NCBI GenBank assembly: GCA_965228875.1
Contig: OZ245843.1
Location: 2,400,616-2,464,615, forward strand
DNA length: 64,000 bases
Direction: 5' to 3'
Source of the DNA: Thalassobaculaceae bacterium
GTDB taxonomy: Bacteria; Pseudomonadota; Alphaproteobacteria; Thalassobaculales; Thalassobaculaceae
In this document: in pieces, positions 1-12,135 of the stretch
How positions within the stretch are numbered: position 1 is the stretch's first letter
Layout of the letters: every line of letters begins with the position of its first letter
The notes under the pieces: model-generated
Seen by the model: only the letters and a program-made list of their open reading frames with translations
Databases searched by the model: none
Told to the model about the DNA's origin: nothing
Program-made: the position numbers and the translations under genes

Positions 1-2358
1 CTCGCCCTGGCCGAAGCGCGCGCCGAGTCGACAGACCGGCTGCTGCGGACGGTGCTGGATAACATGGGCAACGGCCTGGTCGTCTTCGACGCCGACGAAC
101 GTCTCGTCGTGGCCAACCGCCGGTTCGCCGAGATGTACGGGTTCGAGGCCGACGACCTCCGTACCGGCACCCCCCGCGCCGAGATGGTCCGGCGGGGCAC
201 CGGGCGGACCTGGCCGGGCGATGCGCGCGACGCCGCCGAGTTCTTCGCGGGCAACACCACCGGCGAGATCGGACTGCCATCGGGATCGGTCTATCAGCGT
301 GAGATCGTGCCGACGGCGGACGGCGGCTGCGTCATCACCCATACCGACGTGACCGAACGCAAGCGGACCGAGGACGAACTGCGCGAACAGCAGGAGATCC
401 TGCAGGACGTATTCGACAACGTCGCCCAGGGGCTCGCTGCCTACGACGAGAATGCCCGCGTCATCACCTGGAACCGCAAGTACCAGGAGTACCTGATCCT
501 GGCGGACGACCAGATCTACCGGGGCTGTCCCGTCTGGGACCTGGTGATGCTGCACGCCGCGCGGGGCACCTATGGTGGCGGCAGCCGGGAGGATCTGGAA
601 GCGCAGGTGCAGATGCGCATCGACCGCCTGATGAGCGGCGGGATCGTGCGCTTCGACTACGTGAACGCCCGCGGCATAGAGATGGAGGCGGTCTCCGCCC
701 CCCGGCCGCAGGGCGGATTCGTGGTCACCTACGCCGACATCACCGACCGCAAGCGCGCCGAGGCGGAGATCATCCGCGCCCGCGACGAGGCCGAGGCGGC
801 GAACCGGGCGAAATCCAGCTTCCTCGCCGCCATGAGCCACGAGATCCGGACGCCGATGAACGGCGTTCTGGGCCTGATCGAAGTGCTGCAGCACTCCGAA
901 CTGACGCCGGATCAGACGGTGTTGGCGGAGACCGTCCACGAGTCGGCCACGGCCCTGCTGCGGATCATCGATGACATCCTCGACTTCTCCAAGATCGAGG
1001 CCGGACGCATGGAGCTGGAAGCGGTACCGCTGTCGCTGCGCCGAACGATCGAGTCGGCGCTCGACACGGTCGCAGCCGTGGCCGACGCCAAAGGCCTGGA
1101 CCTGACCCTCGACATGCCGCCCGATCTTCCGGACAGCGTGATCGGCGATCCCGTGCGGTTGCGGCAGATCCTGCTGAACCTGCTCGGCAACGGGCTCAAG
1201 TTCACCGAGAGCGGCGGCGTGTCGGTCGCGGTCGAGCGGCCGGCGGAACCCGAGGGCGACGGCCGGATTCCCATCCGGATCTCGGTCACTGACACGGGGA
1301 TCGGCATTCCGGGCGACGTGCAGGCGATCCTGTTCGAACCGTTCAGTCAGGCGGAGTCGACCACCACCCGGCGCTTCGGCGGCACCGGACTCGGCCTGTC
1401 GATCAGCCGGCGCCTGGTCGAGTTGATGGACGGACGCATCGCAGTCGACAGCCGGGAGGGGGCGGGGTCGACCTTCCACTTCGTGTTGCCCGTCGCCGCC
1501 GCGCCGGCCGCGGAGACGGGAGCCCAGGAAACCGTGGACCTGGCGGGCGTGGCGGCGGTGGTCGTCAGCGACCGGCCCGCCCTTGTCGAGAGCGTCCGCC
1601 GGGAGATCCGCCGACATGGCGCCACGGCGGATGCGGCATCCGGTGGCGACGCCCTCGCCCGCATCCTGGAGCGGATGGGGCCGGCGGCGGTGTTCCTGGT
1701 CGATGATCGGCTGCCGGCAGAGAACGTTCCCGGCCTGCTGACACTGCTGGAGGAGCGCCCTGCCGTCCTGCTTCGCGGAACCGCCTCGACCACCCTCTCC
1801 GCCGAAGCGCTCGGCCGGTTCCGGGCGACGGTGAACCGTCCGATCCACCGGGGCCCCCTCCTGCGCGCGATCGCCGCCGCCCTCGGCCGGACGTCGGTCG
1901 GCGATCCGGCGGATGACGCGAAGGCGTCGGTCCAGCCGGTCGAACAGGCGGCGGGCGCCGACGGCCCAAGGATCCTGGTCGCCGAGGATACGCCGATCAA
2001 CCGGTTCGTGGTCGAGCGCCAGCTCGCCGGCCTCGGCTACAACGCCGACTACGCGATGAACGGCCGGGAGGCCTTCGATCTCTGGCGGGCCGGTCGCTAC
2101 GACCTGCTGCTCGCCGACTGCCACATGCCCCAGGTCGACGGTTTCGAGCTGGCGCGCATGGTGCGTGACGCCGAATCGCGGGACGGCGCGCCGCGCATGC
2201 CCATCATCGCGCTGACCGCCAATGCCGTCGCCGGAGAGTCGGAGAAATGCCTCGCCGCCGGCATGGACGACTTCCTCGCCAAGCCGGTGACCATCAGGCA
2301 GATGGGCGAGACGCTGGCCCGGTGGCTGAAGCAGCCAACCGGCGGCACGGGTTCGTGA
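1..2358 (+). CDS. Hybrid sensor histidine kinase/response regulator with PAS domains (5' end lies outside the window)
   Basis: Frame is open from base 1. Two PAS-like blocks, H-box FLAAMSHEIRTPMNG, LRQILLNLLGNGLKFT, DTGIGI, GGTGLGL, a degenerate first receiver and a C-terminal REC domain (LVAED..LLADCHMP..KP). Confidence 0.95.
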   Translation, partial: LALAEARAESTDRLLRTVLDNMGNGLVVFDADERLVVANRRFAEMYGFEADDLRTGTPRAEMVRRGTGRTWPGDARDAAEFFAGNTTGEIGLPSGSVYQREIVPTADGGCVITHTDVTERKRTEDELREQQEILQDVFDNVAQGLAAYDENARVITWNRKYQEYLILADDQIYRGCPVWDLVMLHAARGTYGGGSREDLEAQVQMRIDRLMSGGIVRFDYVNARGIEMEAVSAPRPQGGFVVTYADITDRKRAEAEIIRARDEAEAANRAKSSFLAAMSHEIRTPMNGVLGLIEVLQHSELTPDQTVLAETVHESATALLRIIDDILDFSKIEAGRMELEAVPLSLRRTIESALDTVAAVADAKGLDLTLDMPPDLPDSVIGDPVRLRQILLNLLGNGLKFTESGGVSVAVERPAEPEGDGRIPIRISVTDTGIGIPGDVQAILFEPFSQAESTTTRRFGGTGLGLSISRRLVELMDGRIAVDSREGAGSTFHFVLPVAAAPAAETGAQETVDLAGVAAVVVSDRPALVESVRREIRRHGATADAASGGDALARILERMGPAAVFLVDDRLPAENVPGLLTLLEERPAVLLRGTASTTLSAEALGRFRATVNRPIHRGPLLRAIAAALGRTSVGDPADDAKASVQPVEQAAGADGPRILVAEDTPINRFVVERQLAGLGYNADYAMNGREAFDLWRAGRYDLLLADCHMPQVDGFELARMVRDAESRDGAPRMPIIALTANAVAGESEKCLAAGMDDFLAKPVTIRQMGETLARWLKQPTGGTGS

Positions 2359-2429
2359 GGCGCGCGCCCCTGGACGCGACCGCCGGTCGGCCTCATCTTC
2401 TCAGCGATCACGACTGAAGGAGGATTGCG

Positions 2430-2900
2430 ATGGCCAAGGCAATGTTCGCGGCGGGCTGCTTCTGGAGTCCGGAGGAACACTTCCGCAAGGTCCCCGGCGT
2501 CACCGACGTGGCCGTCGGCTACAGCGGCGGCACCAAGGACGAGCCGACCTACGAGGAGGTCTGCACCGGCAATACCGGCCATGCCGAGGTGGTCGAGGTC
2601 GAGTACGATCCGGCCGCGGTGGATTTCGAGGATCTGCTCAAGGTGTTCTTCGAGATCCACGATCCGACCCAGGTCAACCGCCAGGGCCCGGATGTCGGCA
2701 CCCAGTACCGCTCGGCGGTGTTCTTTCAGGACCCGGAGCAGGAGGCGGCGGCGCGCGAGGCCAAGCAGCGGCTGACCGCGCACGGTGTTCCCGTCGCAAC
2801 CGAAATCGCGCCGGCCGCCACCTTCTGGCGGGCCGAAGAGTACCATCAGCAGTTTCTGGCCAAGCGCCGCAAGGGCGTGTTCGGGAACCTGCTGCGGTGA
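2430..2900 (+). CDS. msrA: Peptide-methionine (S)-S-oxide reductase MsrA
   Basis: GCFW motif, [50 protein letters not shown] upstream. Confidence 0.95.
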   Translation: MAKAMFAAGCFWSPEEHFRKVPGVTDVAVGYSGGTKDEPTYEEVCTGNTGHAEVVEVEYDPAAVDFEDLLKVFFEIHDPTQVNRQGPDVGTQYRSAVFFQDPEQEAAAREAKQRLTAHGVPVATEIAPAATFWRAEEYHQQFLAKRRKGVFGNLLR

Positions 2901-3577
2901 GCCGTGCGACCGAAGGGCTGAACAGCGACCTCTCGGTCTTCGCCCGGATCGACACCAACGCGGTCGACTGGCAGCCGAGCCCCAGCCCCGGCGTCTTCCG
3001 CAAGCGCCTCGACCTCGCCGGCGACAAGGAGGCGAGCCGGGTGACCTCCGTCGTGCGCTATGCCCCGGACAGCGCCTTCCACAGCCACCCGCATCCGGAC
3101 GGCGAGGAGATCCTCGTGCTGGACGGCGTGTTCTCCGACGAGCACGGCGATTACCCGGCCGGTACCTTCCTGCTGAATCCGGAAGGCTTCGAGCACGCGC
3201 CGCGCTCGAAGGAGGGCTGCGTGCTGTTCGTCAAGCTGCGTCAGTATCCGGGTGTGCGCCGCCAGGTCACCGTCGATACGACCGGCGGCTCCTGGCGACA
3301 GGGACTGGTTCCGGGCATCGAAGTTCAGGACCTCTACCACGAGGATGGCCATCGCGAGCATATCCGCCTCGCCCGCTTCGCGCCTGGAGCGGCGACGCCC
3401 GAGCATGAGCATGACGGCGGCGAGGAGATCTTCGTCATCGAAGGCAGCGTCGCCGACGCCCACGGCACGCACCCGGCCGGCACGTGGCTACGGTACCCCG
3501 ACGGCTCGCGCCATACCCTGAGCGCACCGGACGGGGCGCTGATCTACGTGAAGAGCGGGCACCTCGGCGGAAGATAG
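2897..3577 (+). CDS. ChrR-like double cupin domain protein
   Basis: Two copies of HxHxxGEEI(L/F)VxxGxxxDxHGxxPAGT..R/NP; GTGA overlap with msrA stop. Confidence 0.85.
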   Translation: MSRATEGLNSDLSVFARIDTNAVDWQPSPSPGVFRKRLDLAGDKEASRVTSVVRYAPDSAFHSHPHPDGEEILVLDGVFSDEHGDYPAGTFLLNPEGFEHAPRSKEGCVLFVKLRQYPGVRRQVTVDTTGGSWRQGLVPGIEVQDLYHEDGHREHIRLARFAPGAATPEHEHDGGEEIFVIEGSVADAHGTHPAGTWLRYPDGSRHTLSAPDGALIYVKSGHLGGR

Positions 3578-3661
3578 CCCCCTGCTTCGGGCGGGGCGTG
3601 GATCGCCGCGTCGCGTCCGGGTTATGCTCCTTCCCGACAACCATGTGGAGGAGGCCCCGCC

Positions 3662-4399
3662 ATGGCGAAGATCGCCCTCGTCACCGGAGGATCGCGCGGC
3701 ATCGGCGCTGCGACCTGCCGACTGCTGGCCCGCGACGGCTGGGACGTCGCCGTCAACTACGCCGGCAACGAGGACGCCGCCGAGGCGGTGGCCGCCGATG
3801 TCCGCGCCGCCGGCCGGCGGGCGATGACGGTGCAGGCCGATGTCGGCGACGAGGCCGCGGTTCTGGCCATGTTCGCCGCGGTCGAGAGCGGTCTCGGCCC
3901 CATCGACGGCTTGGTCAACTCCGCCGGCATCATCGGTCCGGTGGGCCGCGTCGAGGCGCTCACCGCCGAGGCGATCGACAGGGTCATGAAGACCAACGTC
4001 GTCGGCTGCATCCTGACCTGCCGCGAGGCGGTGAAGCGGATGTCGACCGCCAACGGCGGCAAGGGCGGCGCCATCGTCAACGTCTCGTCCGGCTCCGCCT
4101 ATATCGGCAATCCCGGCGCCCAGGTGCTCTACGCCATCTCCAAGGGCGCGGTGAACTCGCTGCATATTGGCCTCAGCCAGGAGGTCGCGGGCGAGGGCAT
4201 CCGCGTCAATGCCGTCTCCCCCGGCATGACCGCGACCGACATGGTCACCGAGGAGGCGGCATCGAGGAACATGGCGAACATCCCCGCCGGCCGCCTGGGC
4301 GAGCCGGAGGAGATCGCCGAGGCCATCGTCTGGCTGATGAGCGACAAGGCCAGCTATACCGCCGGCGCCAACATCCGCGTCGCCGGGGGTCGGCCGTAG
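3662..4399 (+). CDS. Short-chain dehydrogenase/reductase (SDR)
   Basis: TGGSRGIG, NSAG, IVNVSS, YAISK, VNAVSPG motifs. Confidence 0.93.
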   Translation: MAKIALVTGGSRGIGAATCRLLARDGWDVAVNYAGNEDAAEAVAADVRAAGRRAMTVQADVGDEAAVLAMFAAVESGLGPIDGLVNSAGIIGPVGRVEALTAEAIDRVMKTNVVGCILTCREAVKRMSTANGGKGGAIVNVSSGSAYIGNPGAQVLYAISKGAVNSLHIGLSQEVAGEGIRVNAVSPGMTATDMVTEEAASRNMANIPAGRLGEPEEIAEAIVWLMSDKASYTAGANIRVAGGRP

Positions 4400-4488
4400 G
4401 CCAAAGCACCGAACCGGAACAAAAAAAGAACTTCCCTCCACCGACCGGCTTTGGCACTCTGCCGGTCGAGCGAAGGGAGGGACACGCC

Positions 4489-4920
4489 ATGGCTGAACAT
4501 CCGGTCCGCACCGGCGGCTGCATCTGCGGCGGCGTGCGATACAGGATCACCGGTCCCAACAAGCAGGTCGTCGCCTGCCATTGCCGCGAGTGTCGCCGTC
4601 AGACCGGGCATTTCATGGCGTCTAGCGACGTCTGGAACGAGCATCTGGAGCTGACCGAATCCCGGGATCTCGGCTGGTACAGGTCGGGCCCCAAGAGCCG
4701 CCGGGGTTTCTGCAAGACCTGCGGCTGTTCGATGTTCTACCGGGTGGATGGCGGCGAGAAGACCTCGTTCGGCGTCGGGACGCTGGACGACGGCTGCGAC
4801 GAGGGTATCCGCATCGCCGCGCACATCTTCACCGCCGAGAAGGGATGCTACTACGACCTCGACGACGCCCCGGCCTACGAGGACGGCGGCGACAGCGTGC
4901 CGATGCCGGAGCGGGGGTAG
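4489..4920 (+). CDS. GFA (glutathione-dependent formaldehyde-activating)/CENP-V family protein
   Basis: GGCxCGxVRY, CHCxxCRR, RGFCxxCG; ATG at 4489 after SD GGAGG. It is the C-terminal part of listed ORF 3484..4920. Confidence 0.9.
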   Translation: MAEHPVRTGGCICGGVRYRITGPNKQVVACHCRECRRQTGHFMASSDVWNEHLELTESRDLGWYRSGPKSRRGFCKTCGCSMFYRVDGGEKTSFGVGTLDDGCDEGIRIAAHIFTAEKGCYYDLDDAPAYEDGGDSVPMPERG

Positions 4921-4942
4921 AGGCCGCGGGAGTAGCGGCGCG

Positions 4943-5374
4943 TCACGCCACGCCGGCCAGCGCGTCGGCCATCAGCTCCACCGCCTTGCGGGCCTCGCGC
5001 TCGAGGCGGTCTGACTCGAATGACAGGTCCCGCGCGGTGATCGCCGGCAGGCTGTCGTCGTTATGGACATAGGCGTTGCGCGTCTCGCGCAGCCAGACGT
5101 AGTCGCGGCCGAAGCGCACCGTGTTCAGGTCGAGCCCGTCGTCGACGGCTGCGTCCATCCGCTCGGCAACATCGCTGTCGATCGCGGTCTGCGCCAAAAT
5201 CACGGCGGTTACCCAGGCCCCGGCGGCGAAGACCCGGCGCAGTTCGGTGAGGATCGCTTCGGTTTGGGCGTCGACCTGGAGCGGGCGGTCACCGGCGGCC
5301 CGGCGCAGCCTCTCGTCGAACCAGCGCAGCCGCTCGTTCCACTGGCGGGTGGACGGGGGATCGATCGGCGTCAT
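4943..5374 (-). CDS. Hypothetical protein
   Basis: 143-aa ORF with typical codon usage, SD GAGG, co-oriented downstream of acylphosphatase. Confidence 0.7.
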   Translation of the reverse strand: MTPIDPPSTRQWNERLRWFDERLRRAAGDRPLQVDAQTEAILTELRRVFAAGAWVTAVILAQTAIDSDVAERMDAAVDDGLDLNTVRFGRDYVWLRETRNAYVHNDDSLPAITARDLSFESDRLEREARKAVELMADALAGVA

Positions 5375-5430
5375 GGCGGCCTCGCTGTTTGGTCACGGCG
5401 GTCGCGGGACCGCTGTTCGCAGGGCCCGGG

Positions 5431-5715
5431 CTACGCCGACGCCACCTGTCTGAATCCGGGCCCGAGCGTCGGATCGTCGTCGACCATGCTGGCCGCCACG
5501 TCATCGACCCGGGCGAAGGCCGGACCCGACCGGCACTGCGCTGCCAGCGCGTCCAGTGCCGCCGGCTCTCCTCGCGCGAGAATTTCGACCGTGCCGTCAT
5601 GTCGGTTGCGCACCCAGCCGGCGATGCTCAACCCGCTGGCCGCACCGACCGCCCAGGCGCGATAACCCACCCCCTGCACCCGTCCGACGACGGTCAGGCG
5701 TCGTGTTTGAGGCAT
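5431..5715 (-). CDS. acyP: Acylphosphatase
   Basis: GRVQGVGYR and GWVRNxxDGTVE signatures. Confidence 0.92.
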   Translation of the reverse strand: MPQTRRLTVVGRVQGVGYRAWAVGAASGLSIAGWVRNRHDGTVEILARGEPAALDALAAQCRSGPAFARVDDVAASMVDDDPTLGPGFRQVASA

Positions 5716-5725
5716 GGGAACCGCC

Positions 5726-7714
<1,989 letters not shown>

Positions 7715-7762
7715 CTGACGCTCTTCCCTATTCTCCTGCGGCACCCCGTGGGCGCGCGGCCC

Positions 7763-9295
7763 CTACAGCGGGATATTGTCGTGCTTCTTCCACGGGTTCT
7801 CGAGCTGCTTGTCGCGCAGCATGGCCAGCGCGCGGCAGATCCGGCGCCGCGTGTTGTGCGGGCGGATGATGTCGTCGAGATAGCCCCGGCTGGCCGCCAC
7901 GAACGGGTTGGCGAAGCGCTCGCGGTATTCCTCGGTCCGGGCCTCGATCTTCTGCTCGTCGCCGAGGTCGCCGCGGAAGATGATCTCCACCGCCCCCTTC
8001 GGCCCCATCACCGCGATCTCCGCCGTCGGCCAAGCGTAGTTCACGTCGCCGCGCAGGTGTTTGGAGCTCATGACGTCATAGGCGCCGCCGTAGGCCTTAC
8101 GGGTGATGACCGTCACCTTCGGCACCGTCGCCTCGGCATAGGCGAACAGCAGCTTCGCCCCGTGCTTGATGATTCCGCCGTATTCCTGCGCCGTGCCCGG
8201 CAGGAAGCCCGGAACGTCGACGAAGGTGACGATCGGAATATTGAAGCAGTCGCAGAACCGCACGAACCGACCGGCCTTCTTGGCGCTCTCGATGTCGAGG
8301 CAGCCGGCCAGCACCATCGGCTGGTTGGCGACGATGCCGACGGTCGAGCCCTGCATGCGGGCGAAGCCGACGATGATGTTGCCGGCGTAGCCCGGCTGGA
8401 TCTCGAAGAAGTCGCCCTCGTCCACGACCTTCAGGATCAGTTCCTTCATGTCGTAGGGCTTGTTCGGGTTCGCCGGCACCAGGCTGTCCAGCGAGTATTC
8501 CGGACGGTCCGCCTCGTCGGCGGTCGGCCGCACCGGCGGCTGCTCGCGGTTGGAGGAGGGCAGGAAGTCGATGAAGCGCCGCAGGTTCAGCAGCGCCTCG
8601 ACATCGTTCTCGAAGGCGAGATCGGCGACGCCGGACTTGGTGGTGTGGGTGACCGCACCGCCCAGTTCCTCGTGGGTGACCGTCTCGTGGGTGACGGTCT
8701 TCACCACGTCGGGTCCGGTGACGAACATGTAGGAGCTGTCCTTCACCATGAAGATGAAGTCGGTCATCGCCGGGGAGTACACCGCACCGCCGGCGCAGGG
8801 TCCCATGATCATCGAGATCTGCGGCACCACACCCGAGGCCATGACGTTGCGCTGGAACACCTCGGCATAGCCGCCGAGCGAGGCCACGCCCTCCTGGATG
8901 CGGGCGCCACCGCTGTCGTTCAGGCCGATGACCGGGGCGCCGACCTTCATCGCCTGGTCCATGATCTTGCAGATCTTCTCGGCGTGGGCCTCCGACAGCG
9001 AGCCGCCGAACACCGTGAAGTCCTGGCTGAACACGAAGACCAACCGGCCGTTCACCGTGCCCCAGCCGGTGACCACCCCGTCGCCGCGCACTTTCTGCTC
9101 GGCCATGCCGAAATCGGTCGAGCGATGCTCGACGAACATGTCCCACTCCTCGAAGGAGTCCGGGTCCAGCAGCAGGTCGATCCGCTCCCGCGCCGTCAGC
9201 TTGCCCTTGGCGTGTTGTGCGGCGACCCGCTTCTCGCCGCCGCCTGCCCTGGCCTGCTCCCGCATCTCTTCGAGACGGTGGATGATGTCCTGCAT
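7763..9295 (-). CDS. pccB: Propionyl-CoA carboxylase beta subunit (carboxyltransferase)
   Basis: [53 protein letters not shown]. Confidence 0.95.
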   Translation of the reverse strand: MQDIIHRLEEMREQARAGGGEKRVAAQHAKGKLTARERIDLLLDPDSFEEWDMFVEHRSTDFGMAEQKVRGDGVVTGWGTVNGRLVFVFSQDFTVFGGSLSEAHAEKICKIMDQAMKVGAPVIGLNDSGGARIQEGVASLGGYAEVFQRNVMASGVVPQISMIMGPCAGGAVYSPAMTDFIFMVKDSSYMFVTGPDVVKTVTHETVTHEELGGAVTHTTKSGVADLAFENDVEALLNLRRFIDFLPSSNREQPPVRPTADEADRPEYSLDSLVPANPNKPYDMKELILKVVDEGDFFEIQPGYAGNIIVGFARMQGSTVGIVANQPMVLAGCLDIESAKKAGRFVRFCDCFNIPIVTFVDVPGFLPGTAQEYGGIIKHGAKLLFAYAEATVPKVTVITRKAYGGAYDVMSSKHLRGDVNYAWPTAEIAVMGPKGAVEIIFRGDLGDEQKIEARTEEYRERFANPFVAASRGYLDDIIRPHNTRRRICRALAMLRDKQLENPWKKHDNIPL

Positions 9296-9343
9296 CGTCG
9301 ATGCCCTCACGCGTTTCCCACTCTAGTCCGGTCGGCGATCCTA

Positions 9344-10045
9344 TCAGTTTTCGCCGGCGAGCAACCCCTTGAAGCGCGCCGCAGCCCGGACCTCGTCCAG
9401 CAGACCGCGCCGGCGCTGCTCCGCCTCGCGGTCCTGTCCCCACTGTTCGACCTGGTAGGACTCGTCGATCTGCGACAGGGCGAACGCCTCCTCGACGGCG
9501 AGGTCGCCGTCATGAAAGGCGAGACCAAGCAACAGCGAGCCGGTGACCGTGGTGACGGTGTGGAGCGGCGCCAGATGCCAGTCTCCGGCGGCGTCGACCG
9601 CGCCGCGCAGCGCCGCAAGCGTCGCCTCGGACTGGCGCACCGGCATGATCCCGGCGGTCACCGCGAGCGCGATTCCGAGCCGGGCCTCCGCCCGCTCGCG
9701 CCACGGGGTCCAGCGCTCGACCTGGCGGGCGACCAGGTCCTCGGGCCCCTCCGCCAGGAAGCACAGCAGGTCGGAGCCGCCGAAGCCGGCGATCTCGTCG
9801 ACGACGTGGGCGCGCTGGGGCGAGATCCGGTCGGTCACCGTGGCGGCGAACCCCATCATCGCCATGGTCCGGGGCTCGACCTCCTCGCCCTGGGCATCCC
9901 ATTCGCCGGCCACCGCCTCGGCGAGCCCGCGGGTCGGCAGCACCAGCGGCCGCTTGCCGGGGGATCGCAGCGGGCGCCGGTCCAGGGTCACGGCGAACCC
10001 ACCTGCCTCCGGCTCCACCGCGACGGTCTTGTAGATGCGTTTCAT
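9344..10045 (-). CDS. ATP12 family chaperone
   Basis: MKRIYK..LDxRxLRSPGK..AEAVAGEWDAQ..DLLCF..DESYQVEQWG; conserved position after HAD/rluC. Confidence 0.9.
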   Translation of the reverse strand: MKRIYKTVAVEPEAGGFAVTLDRRPLRSPGKRPLVLPTRGLAEAVAGEWDAQGEEVEPRTMAMMGFAATVTDRISPQRAHVVDEIAGFGGSDLLCFLAEGPEDLVARQVERWTPWRERAEARLGIALAVTAGIMPVRQSEATLAALRGAVDAAGDWHLAPLHTVTTVTGSLLLGLAFHDGDLAVEEAFALSQIDESYQVEQWGQDREAEQRRRGLLDEVRAAARFKGLLAGEN

Positions 10046-10076
10046 CCGGTTCCCACCTCGTCTTCAGGCCGGCCCC

Positions 10077-10760
10077 TCACGCCGGCGCGATCAGCCGCTC
10101 GGCGACCGGGACCAACTGGTCGAAGCTGTCCAGGATCAGCGCAGAGCCCGCCGCCTGCAGGCGTGCGGCGTCATGATACCCCCAGGAAACGCCGATACCC
10201 GCGGCGATCCGGGCATTGCGGGCCATCTCCATGTCGAAGCTGGTGTCGCCGACCATGACGGTGCGTCCCGCCTCGCAGCCGGCCTCGGCGACCGCCTCCG
10301 CCAGGACCGTCGGATCCGGTTTTCCGGGGCCGTCATCGGCGGATTTCAGGGTGACGAAACGTCCGCGCAACCCGTGCCCGTCCAGAACCGCCAGCAGGCC
10401 GCGTCGGCTCTTGCCCGTGACAACGGCGAGCAGCCAGCCTGCCGCCTCCAGCGCGTCCAACACCTCAATCGTCCCGGGGAACAGCGGTTCAGGCGCGCCG
10501 TCCAGCGATTTGGCCTCGAAATAGGCGTCGCGATAGGCCTGACCCAGGCGCTCGACCTGCAGGCCACCGATCCCCGGCGCCAGACGGCGCAGGGCGACCT
10601 CCAGCGGCAGACCGACGATCTGACGCACGGCTCCCGCATCGGGCGGCGCCTCGCCCTCGCGGGCGAAGGCGGCGGCCATGGCGGCCACGATATGGTGCTG
10701 ACTGTCCACCAGGGTGCCGTCCAGATCGAGGGCGCAAAGCTTCAGGTCCGCCATCGTCAT
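10077..10760 (-). CDS. HAD-IA family hydrolase (phosphoglycolate phosphatase-like)
   Basis: DLDGTLVDS, TGK, KPDP, MVGDT motifs; ATGA overlap with rluC stop. Confidence 0.92.
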   Translation of the reverse strand: MTMADLKLCALDLDGTLVDSQHHIVAAMAAAFAREGEAPPDAGAVRQIVGLPLEVALRRLAPGIGGLQVERLGQAYRDAYFEAKSLDGAPEPLFPGTIEVLDALEAAGWLLAVVTGKSRRGLLAVLDGHGLRGRFVTLKSADDGPGKPDPTVLAEAVAEAGCEAGRTVMVGDTSFDMEMARNARIAAGIGVSWGYHDAARLQAAGSALILDSFDQLVPVAERLIAPA

Positions 10761-11743
10761 TCCTCGAACGGGGCGAAGGGCGACCCGTCGACTTCCGGCG
10801 ACAGGCCGAAGAACTCGAACGATCGGGTCATATGGTCCTGCAGCGGCGCCACGACCTCGACCGGTACGCCGTCCTCGTCGGGGATGCGGATGGCGCGGGC
10901 GTGCAGGTGTAGCTTGCGGCTGACCCCCTCGCCCTGCAGGAAGGCGTCGGCGCCGCCGTACTTCCCGTCGCCCAGGATCGGCGTTCCGAGCGCCGCCATA
11001 TGGACGCGGAGCTGGTGGGTCCGGCCGGTCACCGGCGACAGGGCGACCAGCGCTGCGCGGCGGCCGAGCTTCTCCAGGGTGACGTAGCGGGTCAGCGCCG
11101 ACTGGCCGTTCTCCTGATCCACCGCCATCTTCTCCCCGGCCTTGCCCGGCAGTTTGGCCATCGGCAGTTCGATCTGGCCATTGGTCGGTTTCGGCTCGCC
11201 GACCACCAGCGCCCAGTAGATCTTCATCGCCGACTTGGCGCGGAAGGCATGGGTCAGCCGGCGGGCGGCGCGCTGGGTGCGGGCCAGCACCAGGACTCCG
11301 GAGGTATCCTTGTCCAGCCGATGGACCAGCCGGGGCCGCTCGCCGAAGCCAAAGCGCAGGCTGTCGAGCGCGCCGTCGATATGCTTGGTCGTGCCGGACC
11401 CGCCCTGCACCGCGAGGCCGGCGGGCTTGTTGATCGCGATCATCTCGTCGTCGCGATACAGAACCGCGTCCCGCAGAGCCTCGCCGGTCTGCGTGTCGGC
11501 GCTCCGCGGAGCCGCCGGAACCGGTTGTGGGGTGTCGGAGAGCGGCGGAATGCGAACGGCCTGCCCCGCCTCCAGCCGCTGATTGGCCTTCGCGCGCCTG
11601 CCGTCGACCCGGACCTGACCGGTGCGCAGCAGCTTCGAGAGCTGGCCATGGCCCACGGCCGGGAAGTGCCGCTTGAACCAGCGGTCCAGGCGCTGGTCGG
11701 CCTCGTCCCGCGCCACCACCCGGGTCTCGACCTGTGCGCTCAT
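10757..11743 (-). CDS. rluC: RluA-family pseudouridine synthase with S4 domain (RluC-like)
   Basis: RLDRW S4 domain, INKPAGL, VHRLDKDTSG, TGRTHQLRVH, LHLHA. Confidence 0.9.
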   Translation of the reverse strand: MSAQVETRVVARDEADQRLDRWFKRHFPAVGHGQLSKLLRTGQVRVDGRRAKANQRLEAGQAVRIPPLSDTPQPVPAAPRSADTQTGEALRDAVLYRDDEMIAINKPAGLAVQGGSGTTKHIDGALDSLRFGFGERPRLVHRLDKDTSGVLVLARTQRAARRLTHAFRAKSAMKIYWALVVGEPKPTNGQIELPMAKLPGKAGEKMAVDQENGQSALTRYVTLEKLGRRAALVALSPVTGRTHQLRVHMAALGTPILGDGKYGGADAFLQGEGVSRKLHLHARAIRIPDEDGVPVEVVAPLQDHMTRSFEFFGLSPEVDGSPFAPFEE

Positions 11744-12120
11744 GCCAGCGCCATGCGGACGACCGCGAGTCCGAGGAACAGGGCCAGGATCGACAGTCCC
11801 ACCGAGCTGGCAACATACGCACCGGCCGCCAGTGTTGCGCCGCGATGCCAGAGCGTCGCCACGTCCAGCGAGAAGGAAGAGAACGTCGTGAACCCGCCCA
11901 GCAGCCCGAACACGATGAAGGCGCGGGTCTCCTGCGAGAAGTTCAGCTTGAGGGCGCCAAGCTCGATCAACAATCCCATCAGGAACGACCCGGCGATGTT
12001 CACCGCCATCGTGCCCCACGGGAAACCGTGCCCGGCCAGGTGCGTGACCAGGCCGACCGCCTTGTACCGGGCGACCGCGCCGACCGCGCCGCCGAGGGCC
12101 ACTGCGAGAAGCATCTTCAT
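11740..12120 (-). CDS. crcB: Fluoride efflux channel CrcB/Fluc
   Basis: GGAVGAVARY, PWGTMAVNIAGSF, GLLGGFTTFSSF. Confidence 0.95.
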   Translation of the reverse strand: MKMLLAVALGGAVGAVARYKAVGLVTHLAGHGFPWGTMAVNIAGSFLMGLLIELGALKLNFSQETRAFIVFGLLGGFTTFSSFSLDVATLWHRGATLAAGAYVASSVGLSILALFLGLAVVRMALA

Positions 12121-12135
12121 GGTCGCCGGCTTATC

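Noticed and set aside
10761..11822. Apparent long N-terminal extension of the HAD hydrolase
   Set aside because: It overlaps rluC in another frame; the real start at 10760 forms an ATGA overlap.
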